Origin: an uncultured virus (IMG/VR IMGVR_UViG_2061766007_000803)
Lineage: Duplodnaviria > Heunggongvirae > Uroviricota > Caudoviricetes
IMG/VR virus record: IMGVR_UViG_2061766007_000803
Length of the DNA: 64,000 nucleotides
Direction: 5' to 3' (one strand)
Positions 24,324 through 34,158 of the stretch are shown one piece after another. Every line of letters starts with the position of its first letter. The first letter of the stretch is position 1. The notes under the pieces are model-generated. The model was not told the origin of the DNA and did no database searches. It saw nothing but the letters and a program-made list of their open reading frames with translations. The translations under genes were made by a program, and so were the position numbers.

Positions 24324-25679
24324 ATGACCACAGTCACGGATTTAGCCATTACTTAGCAGTTGAATTTTCGCCGCGGTGTTTATAATATAATCGATTGCGG
24401 CATTAGAACAGGGAAAACTTATTGGGCAGTAAATAATTTATAGGAATTTACGCGCGATGGCCAGCTTAATCGCGTTCTTTATTTAGTAGATACTAATTCA
24501 TTAAAAGATTAGATACTTACTGATTATGGAGATACATGCGCGGATGCGGATATTTATTGGTAGAATCCTAGTAAATGGGGAGAAACAATAAATAAAATAG
24601 GTATTATGTGTTATTAGGGTTTGGGCATGCGGCTTATTAATGGTGAGGGCAGCTTTTTAGATAGTATAGATGTTATTTGCTGGGATGAATGCGATTCTAT
24701 TTTTGATTTCGCTACGCAAGCATTTAGATTTGCGCGCACCAAAGATTTTAGTCGTAAAGATATAGATGTGTCCAATGCGGAAATCCTATCTGTTATATAG
24801 ACATTCATGAGTACGAAAGAATATATGCCGTTGATTTTATTGGGGCAGTGGGAACGCATTATTAATTAGGGTAGAATATTATGTATTGGTTTAAGCGCGA
24901 CTCCAGAACGTGCGCGAACATATTATTCCAGCTTAGTTAGCGCGAGTAATACAGGTAAGTTAGAGGCCGGATATAGAATTGCGGCAGATATATATTTTAC
25001 AAATATATTAGAGCATGTAAAGGAATTATTGCCGGAGCCTGGACATGGATACTGGTGTTATTCACCTTATATTACACCTAATTAGGGTATTGTTAATGCG
25101 GCTTTAGAAAGAGGCTTCAACGCAATTGAGCTACATTCTTTAGATAACAAGGACAAACCAATGACAGCTGAATAGAAGAGAGTGTATGATACAATTGTAA
25201 CTACGGGTATGGTGCCGATGGAGTATGATTTTGTTGTAGTTAATAAGGCACTGGCTCGTGGTATTAATATAAGAGATAAACGATTCGATAATGTAATTAT
25301 TGATAGTTTTGACGCTGCCGATCGTATATAGGCAGCTCGTTAGACATTTGAGTATCAGCGGCATTTGAAAACATTTTGCGGCGAAATACCAGATGCTTAT
25401 TTAAATCGGTGGCTTACAATAGATGAGTGTAGGGAATTGGCGGAATATATGGCGGTTCCCAGCTTAGATAGTGCGGGACATAATAGCTCAAAGACAATGA
25501 CATGGAACAGCTTAAAGGCATATTTACCAGCTGTTGGGTATAGTGTGGATTAGAAGTAGAAGACAATAAATAAAAAACGTATGCAAATGTGCTATATCAG
25601 TGGTGAATGGCACGATGCGGAATTAGTTAATAATGATTTCCTTGCACTCGTAGATGCGAAAGAGTGTAGCGTGAAATAA
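24324..25679 (+). CDS. Superfamily 2 (DExD-like) helicase, 451 aa, 13 in-frame TAG codons
   Basis: Motif I GIRTGKT, motif II CWDECD, motif III GLSATPE, motif V RGINI, motif VI RI*AAR; continuous only with TAG=Gln. Confidence 0.85.
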
Positions 25680-26325
25680 GAAAATGGGAGTTGCTTCGCG
25701 GCAGCTCCCTTTATTTTTATGCGGCCGGATGCTTATAATTTCTAGCTCCGGTGATATGTTGGCCCAGCTTTTTGGTATAAGGCTGCGAGTAATGAACGGA
25801 GTTCGTTGAACCCTGCGCCCGGAGCCTTATTCTGAAAGGATTAGAGAAAAATTTTTTACAGCTTTTGTATACAAGGCAGCATACGAGCAAATAAAAAAAC
25901 CCAGCAGTTTGTAGCTGCTGGGCGGTCCCAAGTAATGCGAAGGAGGTACTAACACGGTTAAGGTATAGAGGTGGGTGAGGTGGTTAGCCTTTGGTCCTCT
26001 TCTTCCCTCCTTGCAGCTTTATTATAACAGAATTTCAGCTTTTTGTCAAATATTTGACAGCTTATATGCCCAGCTTTTCCAGCTTTTATTATCCAGCTTT
26101 TTTAGTAAAATTTATTTGTCAAGTATTTGACAAGAATAGGGGAGCTTGTAGAATAAGGCTCAGGAGGTATGTCAAATATGTACTTTGGATACAGTATACT
26201 GTATACAGCAAGTAAGCACATTTATGCCGATTTGTCAAGTGTTTGACTTAGGTGAACCCCACCTAAGATTATTGCTTGACTTTTATTAAGTTTGGAGTAT
26301 AATATAGAGGAAAGGAAGAGATAGT

Positions 26326-26505
26326 ATGAAGGCATTGAAAGTAAAAATAGACCATGTTGCTGAACCTAATCGGTTTGGGTATCGCATTAAGAGCGGATAT
26401 TGCCCTCATTGTGGGGAATATTTACAGAGCCACTTGTATCCTAAATGTTGTGGATACTGTGGACAGAAAATAATATGGGAAAATAAAGAGGGGATGATGG
26501 TATGA
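26326..26505 (+). CDS. Small zinc-ribbon protein
   Basis: CPHCG...CGYCGQKI, downstream of TTGACT-TATAAT promoter. Confidence 0.6.
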   Translation: MKALKVKIDHVAEPNRFGYRIKSGYCPHCGEYLQSHLYPKCCGYCGQKIIWENKEGMMV

Positions 26506-26771
26506 AAGTATATACTCTTAAAGCAAGGATTATGAATCCTGACTTTAATAATGATGAAACTCTTGCTGGAGTCTTTTCCTCGCTTGATAAGGCGCTGGAA
26601 GCTGTTCGTGGTCTGAAAGGTAAGGATGGGTATGAAGGAGAATATTCTGAGGACCTTGAGGACGAAGATTGGGTTACGTGTAAATATGAAGATACAGAGG
26701 ATATGTATGGAACATATTTCACGATTGACCCGTGGGAAATCGATGAGTTTGATGAGAATATCATCATTTAA
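26502..26771 (+). CDS. Small highly acidic protein
   Basis: D/E-rich 89 aa ORF coupled to upstream gene. Confidence 0.7.
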   Translation: MKVYTLKARIMNPDFNNDETLAGVFSSLDKALEAVRGLKGKDGYEGEYSEDLEDEDWVTCKYEDTEDMYGTYFTIDPWEIDEFDENIII

Positions 26772-26774
26772 GGA

Positions 26775-26969
26775 GTGAGTAATATGCGAAATCCTAATCG
26801 TATTCCTTCCTGTTGTAATAAAATCGCAGAACTCTGGGCGCGTGTACCGGATATGCGGTTGGGGCAACTGCTTGACAATGCCGGAGTAGGTTTCTATACC
26901 GAAGACGAAGATGCAATTCATAAGGTAGAAGAATTTGTCAATAAGTTTGCACCGGAAGAGATGGAGTAA
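26775..26969 (+). CDS. Hypothetical phage protein
   Basis: MRNPNRI...LW..VPDMRLGQL motif widespread in phages. Confidence 0.7.
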   Translation: MSNMRNPNRIPSCCNKIAELWARVPDMRLGQLLDNAGVGFYTEDEDAIHKVEEFVNKFAPEEME

Positions 26970-27065
26970 TCCATCTTTTTTTATATGCTTAGGTGTAAGT
27001 CACCTAAGGAGAAACTTGACAAATAGTGTGAGTATGATATAATGCTTATGAAAGGAATGAAGTGT

Positions 27066-27380
27066 ATGGATTGTATCGGTTGGCTTTCTCCCCAAGGTGA
27101 GTTAATTACTTGTAAGGGTCATGCTCACATGGATATGGCACGAAAGATTGCCACGGATATGGGGATTGATGGGTATGCTTCACGAATGGATGATGTATTA
27201 CTCAACCGAAATTGGATTCGTATTTCTCTTATTACTTATGGAGATTGCGGATTACACTTTTGGATTAATACAAATCCCACCGAAATCCAACGCAGTTTCC
27301 TTTTAAGTATATATAATGAGAGATATGACCAAATCTCTCATAAAGGCATGGAAACTCTTATTAGACTAAACATTATTTGA
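27066..27380 (+). CDS. Hypothetical protein
   Basis: GWLSPQGE..C..H...A motif, RBS. Confidence 0.65.
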   Translation: MDCIGWLSPQGELITCKGHAHMDMARKIATDMGIDGYASRMDDVLLNRNWIRISLITYGDCGLHFWINTNPTEIQRSFLLSIYNERYDQISHKGMETLIRLNII

Positions 27381-27384
27381 AGGA

Positions 27385-27828
27385 GTGATGGGTATGACTA
27401 AGTTACAGGCAATCCGTAAGTTTGCGGAAGAAGTAATCGGAGAACATGTTACAATTCTGAACCATGATGACAACAATTGGAGTATGGTTACCAACTCCAT
27501 GCGCCCTCGTATGTATATTCCTGCTGACCGTGGTGTTACGAAGGATGAGGGAGATAAACTGTTCCGTGCGAATATTGTAGAGCATTGCTCTATGGCACGG
27601 GGTTTCAGTGATGCCACTTTGTCCATTCTGCATGAGTGCGGACATTGGGCAAATCGTGAAGTTCACGATGGTATTGCCTATGAAAAGATGATGAAGGAAG
27701 TAACGGAAGAAGAATATTTCCGTACACCTTTTGAAATGCTTGCGACCATGTGGACAATCTGTTGGTTGCAGAGCAAAGAAAACCGCAGACTTGCAAAGCG
27801 GTTTGAAAGAGAATATTTCGGCTACTAA
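27385..27828 (+). CDS. HExxH zinc-metallopeptidase-like protein
   Basis: ILHECGH plus downstream E..A. Confidence 0.6.
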   Translation: MMGMTKLQAIRKFAEEVIGEHVTILNHDDNNWSMVTNSMRPRMYIPADRGVTKDEGDKLFRANIVEHCSMARGFSDATLSILHECGHWANREVHDGIAYEKMMKEVTEEEYFRTPFEMLATMWTICWLQSKENRRLAKRFEREYFGY

Positions 27829-27958
27829 TAGCCGAAATTTTTTATAGGATTAGGTGGAAATCACCTAAGTAATGGTTTGACATTTTTTAAAAATTGAGTA
27901 TAATAATAATTGTCAAAAGGAGAAGGAAACTCCCTAAAACCAGAAAGGAGAGATTGCT

Positions 27959-28294
27959 ATGAAGAAAGCAACTCTGGAAGCCATTGAACGGATTCTGACC
28001 AATCTGGAAGGCAAGGGTGAAGTGGAAAACGAAGCCCTCGAGGATGTTCGTGCTGAACTGAACAAGGGCGCGGAACAGAAGGCGGCTAAGAAGGCTGTCT
28101 ATGATGAAGCGCGCGAAGTGGTTCTGGCGAATCTGGATGCCACTCCGGTCACTGCGGCTGAACTGTACGAAGCCATCAAGGAAGACCTGCCGGATGACTT
28201 CGGTGTGCGGAAGCTGATTCGCGGTCTGACCAAGGAATGGGCAGATGCCGTGGTTACCATTGCCGGTGCTACCAATCAGTACCGCAAGGCGTAA
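27959..28294 (+). CDS. Coiled-coil + winged-HTH protein (paralog of 31397-31717)
   Basis: MKKAT start, PVTAAELYEAI..RGLTKEWADAV..NQYR. Confidence 0.7.
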   Translation: MKKATLEAIERILTNLEGKGEVENEALEDVRAELNKGAEQKAAKKAVYDEAREVVLANLDATPVTAAELYEAIKEDLPDDFGVRKLIRGLTKEWADAVVTIAGATNQYRKA

Positions 28295-28381
28295 TCATTC
28301 CGGAATTGAGCGGTAGAAATACCGCTCTTTTTCTAGTTACATACCTTAGGTGATTTCCACCTAATATAATAAAAGGTTAAC

Positions 28382-28633
28382 TCAATGTGAGTTAACCTTT
28401 TTATAGAAGAATCTTTTTGCTTCTCTAAAAGCACGAGTAAGTTTATATCGTGCTATCGTGATTTTATCTGCATAGGGGAAAATAGTGTTACCACATTTTC
28501 TACAAGTAAAATAATGAAGCCTATCTTCTTTTGTATATTTGATAAGATACATCGCTTTACACTTATCACACATACAAGTATGATATTTTACTTTGGTTCT
28601 TGTTGGATTAGGAATTACTGTATATTCTACCAT
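28382..28633 (-). CDS. Zinc-ribbon protein
   Basis: CDKC..CRKCG. Confidence 0.55.
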   Translation of the reverse strand: MVEYTVIPNPTRTKVKYHTCMCDKCKAMYLIKYTKEDRLHYFTCRKCGNTIFPYADKITIARYKLTRAFREAKRFFYKKVNSH

Positions 28634-28634
28634 T

Positions 28635-28895
28635 TTATTTACCCCCATATAGTAGAGTAAGAAAATATACATTCAATATAACACCGGAAAGATGCATCAC
28701 AATATCATTAATGTGCCGATTTTGTGAGAAGTCTTTAACAAGACCAAAAAGAGCAACGGCAAGTCCAAACCATGATACTTGCAATCCAAAAAGCATAATG
28801 AGGATTACATTAAGTAGTTGGATACCCGCACGAAGGTCATTCCATTCAAATCGGTATGGACATTCAATTTTGAAAAAATTTTTTATATGCTCCAT
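28635..28895 (-). CDS. Small membrane protein
   Basis: Three hydrophobic segments. Confidence 0.6.
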   Translation of the reverse strand: MEHIKNFFKIECPYRFEWNDLRAGIQLLNVILIMLFGLQVSWFGLAVALFGLVKDFSQNRHINDIVMHLSGVILNVYFLTLLYGGK

Positions 28896-29149
28896 TATTC
28901 CACCTCAAATGCTTCAATGTCATAAGAATCAGCATAAATATAGGTAATATATTTAAAGAAGGTAAGCCCTTCGTTTGCTTTTAATGTTCCATTTTTTTTG
29001 AGTAATCTTTCCTGTTTCTTGAGATTCTCAAAATTGTGCATGATAGAGTTATCCTCTTTGCAAAGCTGAAGTAGTTTGAAGATAGCCTTAGAATGGGTCT
29101 TATATACTCCAATATATTCACCCTTATACATCAGTACATAACCAATCAT
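28895..29149 (-). CDS. Hypothetical protein
   Basis: First gene after promoter/palindrome at 29210. Confidence 0.55.
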   Translation of the reverse strand: MIGYVLMYKGEYIGVYKTHSKAIFKLLQLCKEDNSIMHNFENLKKQERLLKKNGTLKANEGLTFFKYITYIYADSYDIEAFEVE

Positions 29150-29256
29150 ACCAATCCCTCACTTTCGATATAAGTATAACAGTTATATTATAGAAAGTCA
29201 ATAGAAAACCTTAGGTGTTTAACACCTAAGGACAGTTGGTAGGGCAAATGCCCTAC

Positions 29257-29514
29257 TTAGGTAATGACTATCAAAGTTCTAAGCCAAGGATTGAATAAAC
29301 ATATCACGCAAATACCGACAAAAAGTATCAGTAAACCACCAAGAATAAAGGCAATACCTTCGGCGTAGGTATTTACATAATAATAACCTTTATAACGGTT
29401 AATAATTTCTTCGATTCCTTCATGAATCAGCACCACCGTTCCGAGTAGTGCAAATCCGAAAGCAAGGAGTGAAAAAATCCATAGAAAAATATTTACAAGA
29501 ATAGGATTAACCAT
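29257..29514 (-). CDS. Membrane protein (paralog of 29536-29811)
   Basis: 2 TM, EGIEEIINRYKG. Confidence 0.65.
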   Translation of the reverse strand: MVNPILVNIFLWIFSLLAFGFALLGTVVLIHEGIEEIINRYKGYYYVNTYAEGIAFILGGLLILFVGICVICLFNPWLRTLIVIT

Positions 29515-29535
29515 TTTCTTTACTTCCTTTCTATG

Positions 29536-29811
29536 TTATACCGTAGGGGGTGTGGGTACAATGATATAATTGCACAGAACGGGATTTATAATACCAGTGA
29601 GCAATGCTCCTACAATAAGGATAATTACTCCGAAAGCTATTGATACAATCCCCATAAGATAAGAGGAATGTAAATAGTCACCCTGGAATCTGTCAACAAT
29701 TTCATGGAAACCCTCATAGAAAAAGTAACCGCTTCCACACAGGACAATGATAGCAAAGGCACAAGATAGTACCCACCGGAGAATCGTTTCAGCAAGACCA
29801 ATCAAAATCAT
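29536..29811 (-). CDS. Membrane protein
   Basis: 2 TM, EGFHEIVDRFQG. Confidence 0.65.
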   Translation of the reverse strand: MILIGLAETILRWVLSCAFAIIVLCGSGYFFYEGFHEIVDRFQGDYLHSSYLMGIVSIAFGVIILIVGALLTGIINPVLCNYIIVPTPPTV

Positions 29812-30140
29812 TATTCTTCCTCTCCTTTCGCTTCACGCTTTTCAGTATCAGAAGTAATTTTCTTTGCTTTCTTCTGTGCCTTTTCTGCCTTTGCTTCTTG
29901 TTTAGCATTATAGGCATCAATTTCAGACTGCATGAGTTCTTCTGCGGTCATATCTTCACGCACTTCCGCAACGATTGCACCAATACGGATATATCGGTCA
30001 ACGTTGTTGAGGTCGGTCAGAATAATACCTTGCTGACGGTCATTCACTTTATGGAACGCTTCGGTTTCACCATTGGCAATCATGGCAAATACACGGTCAC
30101 GAAGGTCTTTGTCTACGATAGCATTACTAATCTTCGGCAT
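29811..30140 (-). CDS. Hypothetical protein with charged helical tail
   Basis: AAAGGA RBS, promoter upstream. Confidence 0.7.
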   Translation of the reverse strand: MPKISNAIVDKDLRDRVFAMIANGETEAFHKVNDRQQGIILTDLNNVDRYIRIGAIVAEVREDMTAEELMQSEIDAYNAKQEAKAEKAQKKAKKITSDTEKREAKGEEE

Positions 30141-30250
30141 AACTTAATCATCCTTTCTTTTGGTTCATACACATTATATATGATAAAGTAGGAAAAGTCA
30201 AGACATACCTTAGGTGTAAGTCACCTAAGGATGGGAAAGAGGGGTGACGC

Positions 30251-30691
30251 TTAAGCGTCACCCAGGGAAGCGATTGCGGCGAGAGCGCACAGGATTGCAC
30301 GAACCGGAGCAGGAATTTCGGATTCCTCGTCCTCGGATTCTTCATCCTCGTCCTCATCTTCATCCTCTTCTTCGTCCTCTTCGTCTTCGTCTTCGTCCTC
30401 TTCGTACTCGTCCTCATCGTCCTCGTACTCGTCTTCGTCCTCATCGTCTTCGTAATCGTCATCGTCATCATCCATGACGGTGGCGTTCACACCAATGTTC
30501 TGCAGTTCGTACTGCATAGCATTGATGACTTCGGACGGAGTATTGCAAGCCTTGCGGTTCACATCCGTCCGGTCAACCACAACCGGAGTGATGGTGGCGG
30601 TCAGAGAAGCAACCTTCTCCGCATCTTCGTACTCATCGTACACACCGACTACGATTCCCTTGTCCACAACAACATAAACCATCTGCTTCAT
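30251..30691 (-). CDS. Protein with ~50-residue almost pure Asp/Glu tract
   Basis: MDDDDDDYEDDEDEDEYEDD...; own promoter and palindrome. Confidence 0.75.
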   Translation of the reverse strand: MKQMVYVVVDKGIVVGVYDEYEDAEKVASLTATITPVVVDRTDVNRKACNTPSEVINAMQYELQNIGVNATVMDDDDDDYEDDEDEDEYEDDEDEYEEDEDEDEEDEEEDEDEDEDEESEDEESEIPAPVRAILCALAAIASLGDA

Positions 30692-30849
30692 AATAAAATG
30701 TCCTTTCTGGTTTGTTTTTGCGGTTTTCCTTCCGCTTTCTTTATTGTGGGATTTGTTATCCCTTTGACAATTATTATTATACTCATAATTACGGAAAAGT
30801 CAACCGTGCCCTTAGGTGATATCCACCTAAGTAAGATAAGGGATGAGGA

Positions 30850-31224
30850 TTACTCATCTTCATCCTCATCTTTATCCTCATCATCGGTGTTCCGTTTTCC
30901 TTTTTCGGCATCACGCATTGCTTTACGCACCGCACGTTCCTGTGCTTTGCTTTCCTGTTCTGCTTTGTACGCTTCGGCGGCATCATGCCCATCATAGGGA
31001 ATGTAACCACCTTCACCATTGCGAGTACCACGAGGAATGGAAATCTTAACCTTGGGATACTTTTCATTGCCTTCGGCATCGACAAGAGGAAGGGTAAATT
31101 CTCCTGTACCCACTTGTTCAATCTGCGTATCTTTGTCAAGGTCAAAATGTTCTGCGAGAGCATCCACGATTACTTGGATAATCTCATTACGAAGTGCCGT
31201 TTCAAGACTTGCCTTACTCGCCAT
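30850..31224 (-). CDS. Hypothetical protein with acidic tail
   Basis: AAAGGAG RBS; ends DDEDKDEDEDE. Confidence 0.7.
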   Translation of the reverse strand: MASKASLETALRNEIIQVIVDALAEHFDLDKDTQIEQVGTGEFTLPLVDAEGNEKYPKVKISIPRGTRNGEGGYIPYDGHDAAEAYKAEQESKAQERAVRKAMRDAEKGKRNTDDEDKDEDEDE

Positions 31225-31396
31225 ACAAACATCTCCTTTCAACTAAACGGTTCTTCTCCGTTCTGATAAAATTATATCATAAATTTTGAAAAATGTCAAG
31301 AAAAAATTTTGTATACAATTTTAGGTGACCTTCACCTAAGCCTCCGGCCTAATAGATAGTACCGCCTACTGAACTGGTAGGCGGTACTGTACTCCA

Positions 31397-31717
31397 TTAC
31401 CGCAGAGAGTACTCGCTCGGCTTCCTGGAGTTGTCAACCTTCACGGCATCTGCCCACTCATGGTTCAGACCACGTACCACCTTGCCGAGAGCGATTCCGG
31501 TCTCGTTGGCGATATCCTTTGCGGACAGAGGACGGTTCTCACGCTTCATGACGGCGAGAACAGGGGCACGGTAGCCTTCATAGGTGGCACGGTTGGCATC
31601 GGCTTTCGCCTTGCCCTTGGCCAGTTCGGCTACGAGTTCAGCCTTGATTTCCTCAAGGTTTTCAACGGTTTCGCCGTTGAGGTGACGAACAAGAGATTCC
31701 ATAGTCGCTTTCTTCAT
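31397..31717 (-). CDS. Coiled-coil + winged-HTH protein
   Basis: PLSAKDIANETGIALGKVVRGL..W...PSEYSL. Confidence 0.75.
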   Translation of the reverse strand: MKKATMESLVRHLNGETVENLEEIKAELVAELAKGKAKADANRATYEGYRAPVLAVMKRENRPLSAKDIANETGIALGKVVRGLNHEWADAVKVDNSRKPSEYSLR

Positions 31718-32024
31718 AGCGCACTATCCTTTCCGGTTTGTAGGGTGTCCTTCCCTTTTGCTTTCGTGATGATTATATCACAGTTTTGGGTAAATGTCAA
31801 GAGGAAGAAGGAGAAAATCTGCAACTTTTCTTCTTCACGTTTGTGTTCGATTCATCACCTTTGCAGTAGGCTTCATCTACTAACTTATCTCCGAGGAGAC
31901 CCGCCCATAGGTGCGGTGGGTGTTTTCCCTCTGACAATTATTATTATACTCAAATTCGATAAAAAGTCAACTACCTGCTTAGGTGAACGTCACCTAAGGA
32001 GGGTTGAAGGGTAAGCCTTTCGGC

Positions 32025-33113
32025 TTACCGTCCTTCCTCATGTGCGGTCACAATTGCCTGTCTAAGATGTTTCTGATATGCATCATGGAAATCGGCTTCG
32101 GGTGTATCACGGCGTACATGATTGTTGAACTGATACAGATACTGACAGATTTGACCATTATTGCTGACTTCGCAAGTAATGAAGGGTTTATCTTTATCAG
32201 ACTTCCTACGAACCGCAACCACATGAGTAAGTCCATCATGTACCCTTGACATATACATACTCTCTACGCAATTGCGTTGCGCTTCGGCTTCGGTGTGGAA
32301 ATCTTCACGAGAAAGAAGAGGAATTACAACGAATGTTTCATCTTCAAAGTAAAGCCAAGGCTTGTCATTATTCAGTGTAAGAGCATCATTATAATGTGCA
32401 TCTTCATACTGTTTATATACCCATGAAAGGATACTATAATTGGTCAGAATATTGTGCTTGACTTCAAGAGTATCGTGCATTTTGGTAATCATCTGATACC
32501 AATTATACAGAAGATTAAAGAAGTCATAGGTGCTTTTGGTTGCCTGTACTTTTTCGTGAAGTCCACGAATAATCATACCCTTAATAAAATCGAGGGGCAT
32601 TTCCGAGGTTACTCCCCTATGGAGAATTTGTTCTGCCCATTCTCTATCCTGTTCATCAATGCGAGAAAGGAATGTTTTATTCTCGACTTGAAAAATGTAT
32701 TCAGAGATTGCTCGTTCACCATACCGACCATGAAAATCACTCTTGATAAAATCCACCACTTCTTTGGTCAGAGGAGTTTTATCGTTGGTGATAAACCGAT
32801 AAGAGCAATCATAGCAATTAAGGGTCAGACCAAGGCTTACAATTTCTTCAAGCCTTGCTCCAAATTCCGGAACAAATGCATGATAATCGCTAATAACATC
32901 ATGCACATATTCCAGAGCAGAAATGAACGGTTTATTCGATTCCAGATTGTAGGTTTCATACATGGTCATGGTGGACATAGTAAAAGCCTTCGGCTTGCCC
33001 TTAACTACTGCACCCTTGATACCAATAAATTCATTGGTCAGAATGTTCCACTTGCCACGGCAGTTTTCACCATCATACGCCACAATAAAGTTTCTTTCCT
33101 TACGATAATTCAT
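32025..33113 (-). CDS. PcfJ-like domain protein
   Basis: C-terminal EAEAQRNCV..Y..VVAVRR....PFITCEV...QICQ..FN. Confidence 0.7.
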   Translation of the reverse strand: MNYRKERNFIVAYDGENCRGKWNILTNEFIGIKGAVVKGKPKAFTMSTMTMYETYNLESNKPFISALEYVHDVISDYHAFVPEFGARLEEIVSLGLTLNCYDCSYRFITNDKTPLTKEVVDFIKSDFHGRYGERAISEYIFQVENKTFLSRIDEQDREWAEQILHRGVTSEMPLDFIKGMIIRGLHEKVQATKSTYDFFNLLYNWYQMITKMHDTLEVKHNILTNYSILSWVYKQYEDAHYNDALTLNNDKPWLYFEDETFVVIPLLSREDFHTEAEAQRNCVESMYMSRVHDGLTHVVAVRRKSDKDKPFITCEVSNNGQICQYLYQFNNHVRRDTPEADFHDAYQKHLRQAIVTAHEEGR

Positions 33114-33255
33114 AATCTTTCCTTCCTTTCATAGCAACTATCTATTGCTTGCATGGTTAATATATCACTATTAGGGCTGAAAGTCAAGAATATGCTTAGG
33201 TGGAAACCACCTAAGTATTCGGAAAGGAGGGGTGGGACATTTCTGTCCCACCCTC

Positions 33256-34011
33256 TTATGGAGTGGTTTTGAAATTGTACACATCATTACGGACATTTTT
33301 CTTAATGTATGTTCCGCAGTAAATTTCTGTACCATCAACTTTAATCGTGAACGGACGGTCTATTGTTCGAGGAAGAATTTTGTTTACTTTGTAACTCGTT
33401 GCATAATTTGCACCTTTGTTAATACAAGCAAACAAAATTGCAGTTTCAATTTCAGAATCGAACAAACCCATGTGTTCTTCAATGAAGTCCGGATTATTGG
33501 TTAAAAATTGATGTACTACTTCGGCACTACCTTTATAGTTTCCTGTTTCTGTAAATCGTGCATTATCTTCGCAAAATTGACGATATTCAGCAAGGCAAGT
33601 TACAAATTCGCTTGCATATCCCCATATATCATAGACAGGAACATCCTCTATTGGATTGATACACTTAAACCAATCACAGTTATAGGCAATTACTTTATCG
33701 TCAAAATCGGAGTTGTAGGCATAAATAGCGGTTACATTATACTTGCGTATATCGTTGCGGAGTTTCCGCATAATGTAACCCCATTTATCCATAGTCGCTT
33801 CACCTTTCCGCAACATTTCAACGTAACGTTGCCGTTTTTCCTTGTAATATGCGGATTCAAACAGGGGCAAGTTGTGCCATATTTGCTCGACAACATTTGA
33901 TTTGAAATCGACTATTTCCTCTGCTTCACTATCGAAAATCGTCCATGATATGTCATAGCAAAATGGCTTTTCAAGTCCGGTTGTTTCAGTATCTAACACG
34001 ATACCATACAT
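33256..34011 (-). CDS. DEDDh 3'-5' exonuclease
   Basis: VLDTETTG, AYNSDFD, EEHMGLFD motifs. Confidence 0.85.
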   Translation of the reverse strand: MYGIVLDTETTGLEKPFCYDISWTIFDSEAEEIVDFKSNVVEQIWHNLPLFESAYYKEKRQRYVEMLRKGEATMDKWGYIMRKLRNDIRKYNVTAIYAYNSDFDDKVIAYNCDWFKCINPIEDVPVYDIWGYASEFVTCLAEYRQFCEDNARFTETGNYKGSAEVVHQFLTNNPDFIEEHMGLFDSEIETAILFACINKGANYATSYKVNKILPRTIDRPFTIKVDGTEIYCGTYIKKNVRNDVYNFKTTP

Positions 34012-34158
34012 TTACTATCTCCTTCGGTTTGTGGAGTATCCTTCTCCTATTTCATACATATTGTACCATTCAAACAATACAAAGTCAAATGCTTGCTTAG
34101 GTGGACGTCACCTAAGTATACCTTCAAAAAAAATTAGAGGGGACTAACCCCTCTAATT

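Noticed and set aside
30148..30477. Arg/Thr/Lys-rich and Arg/Pro-rich ORFs
   Set aside because: Alternative-frame and antisense shadows of the Asp/Glu tract gene
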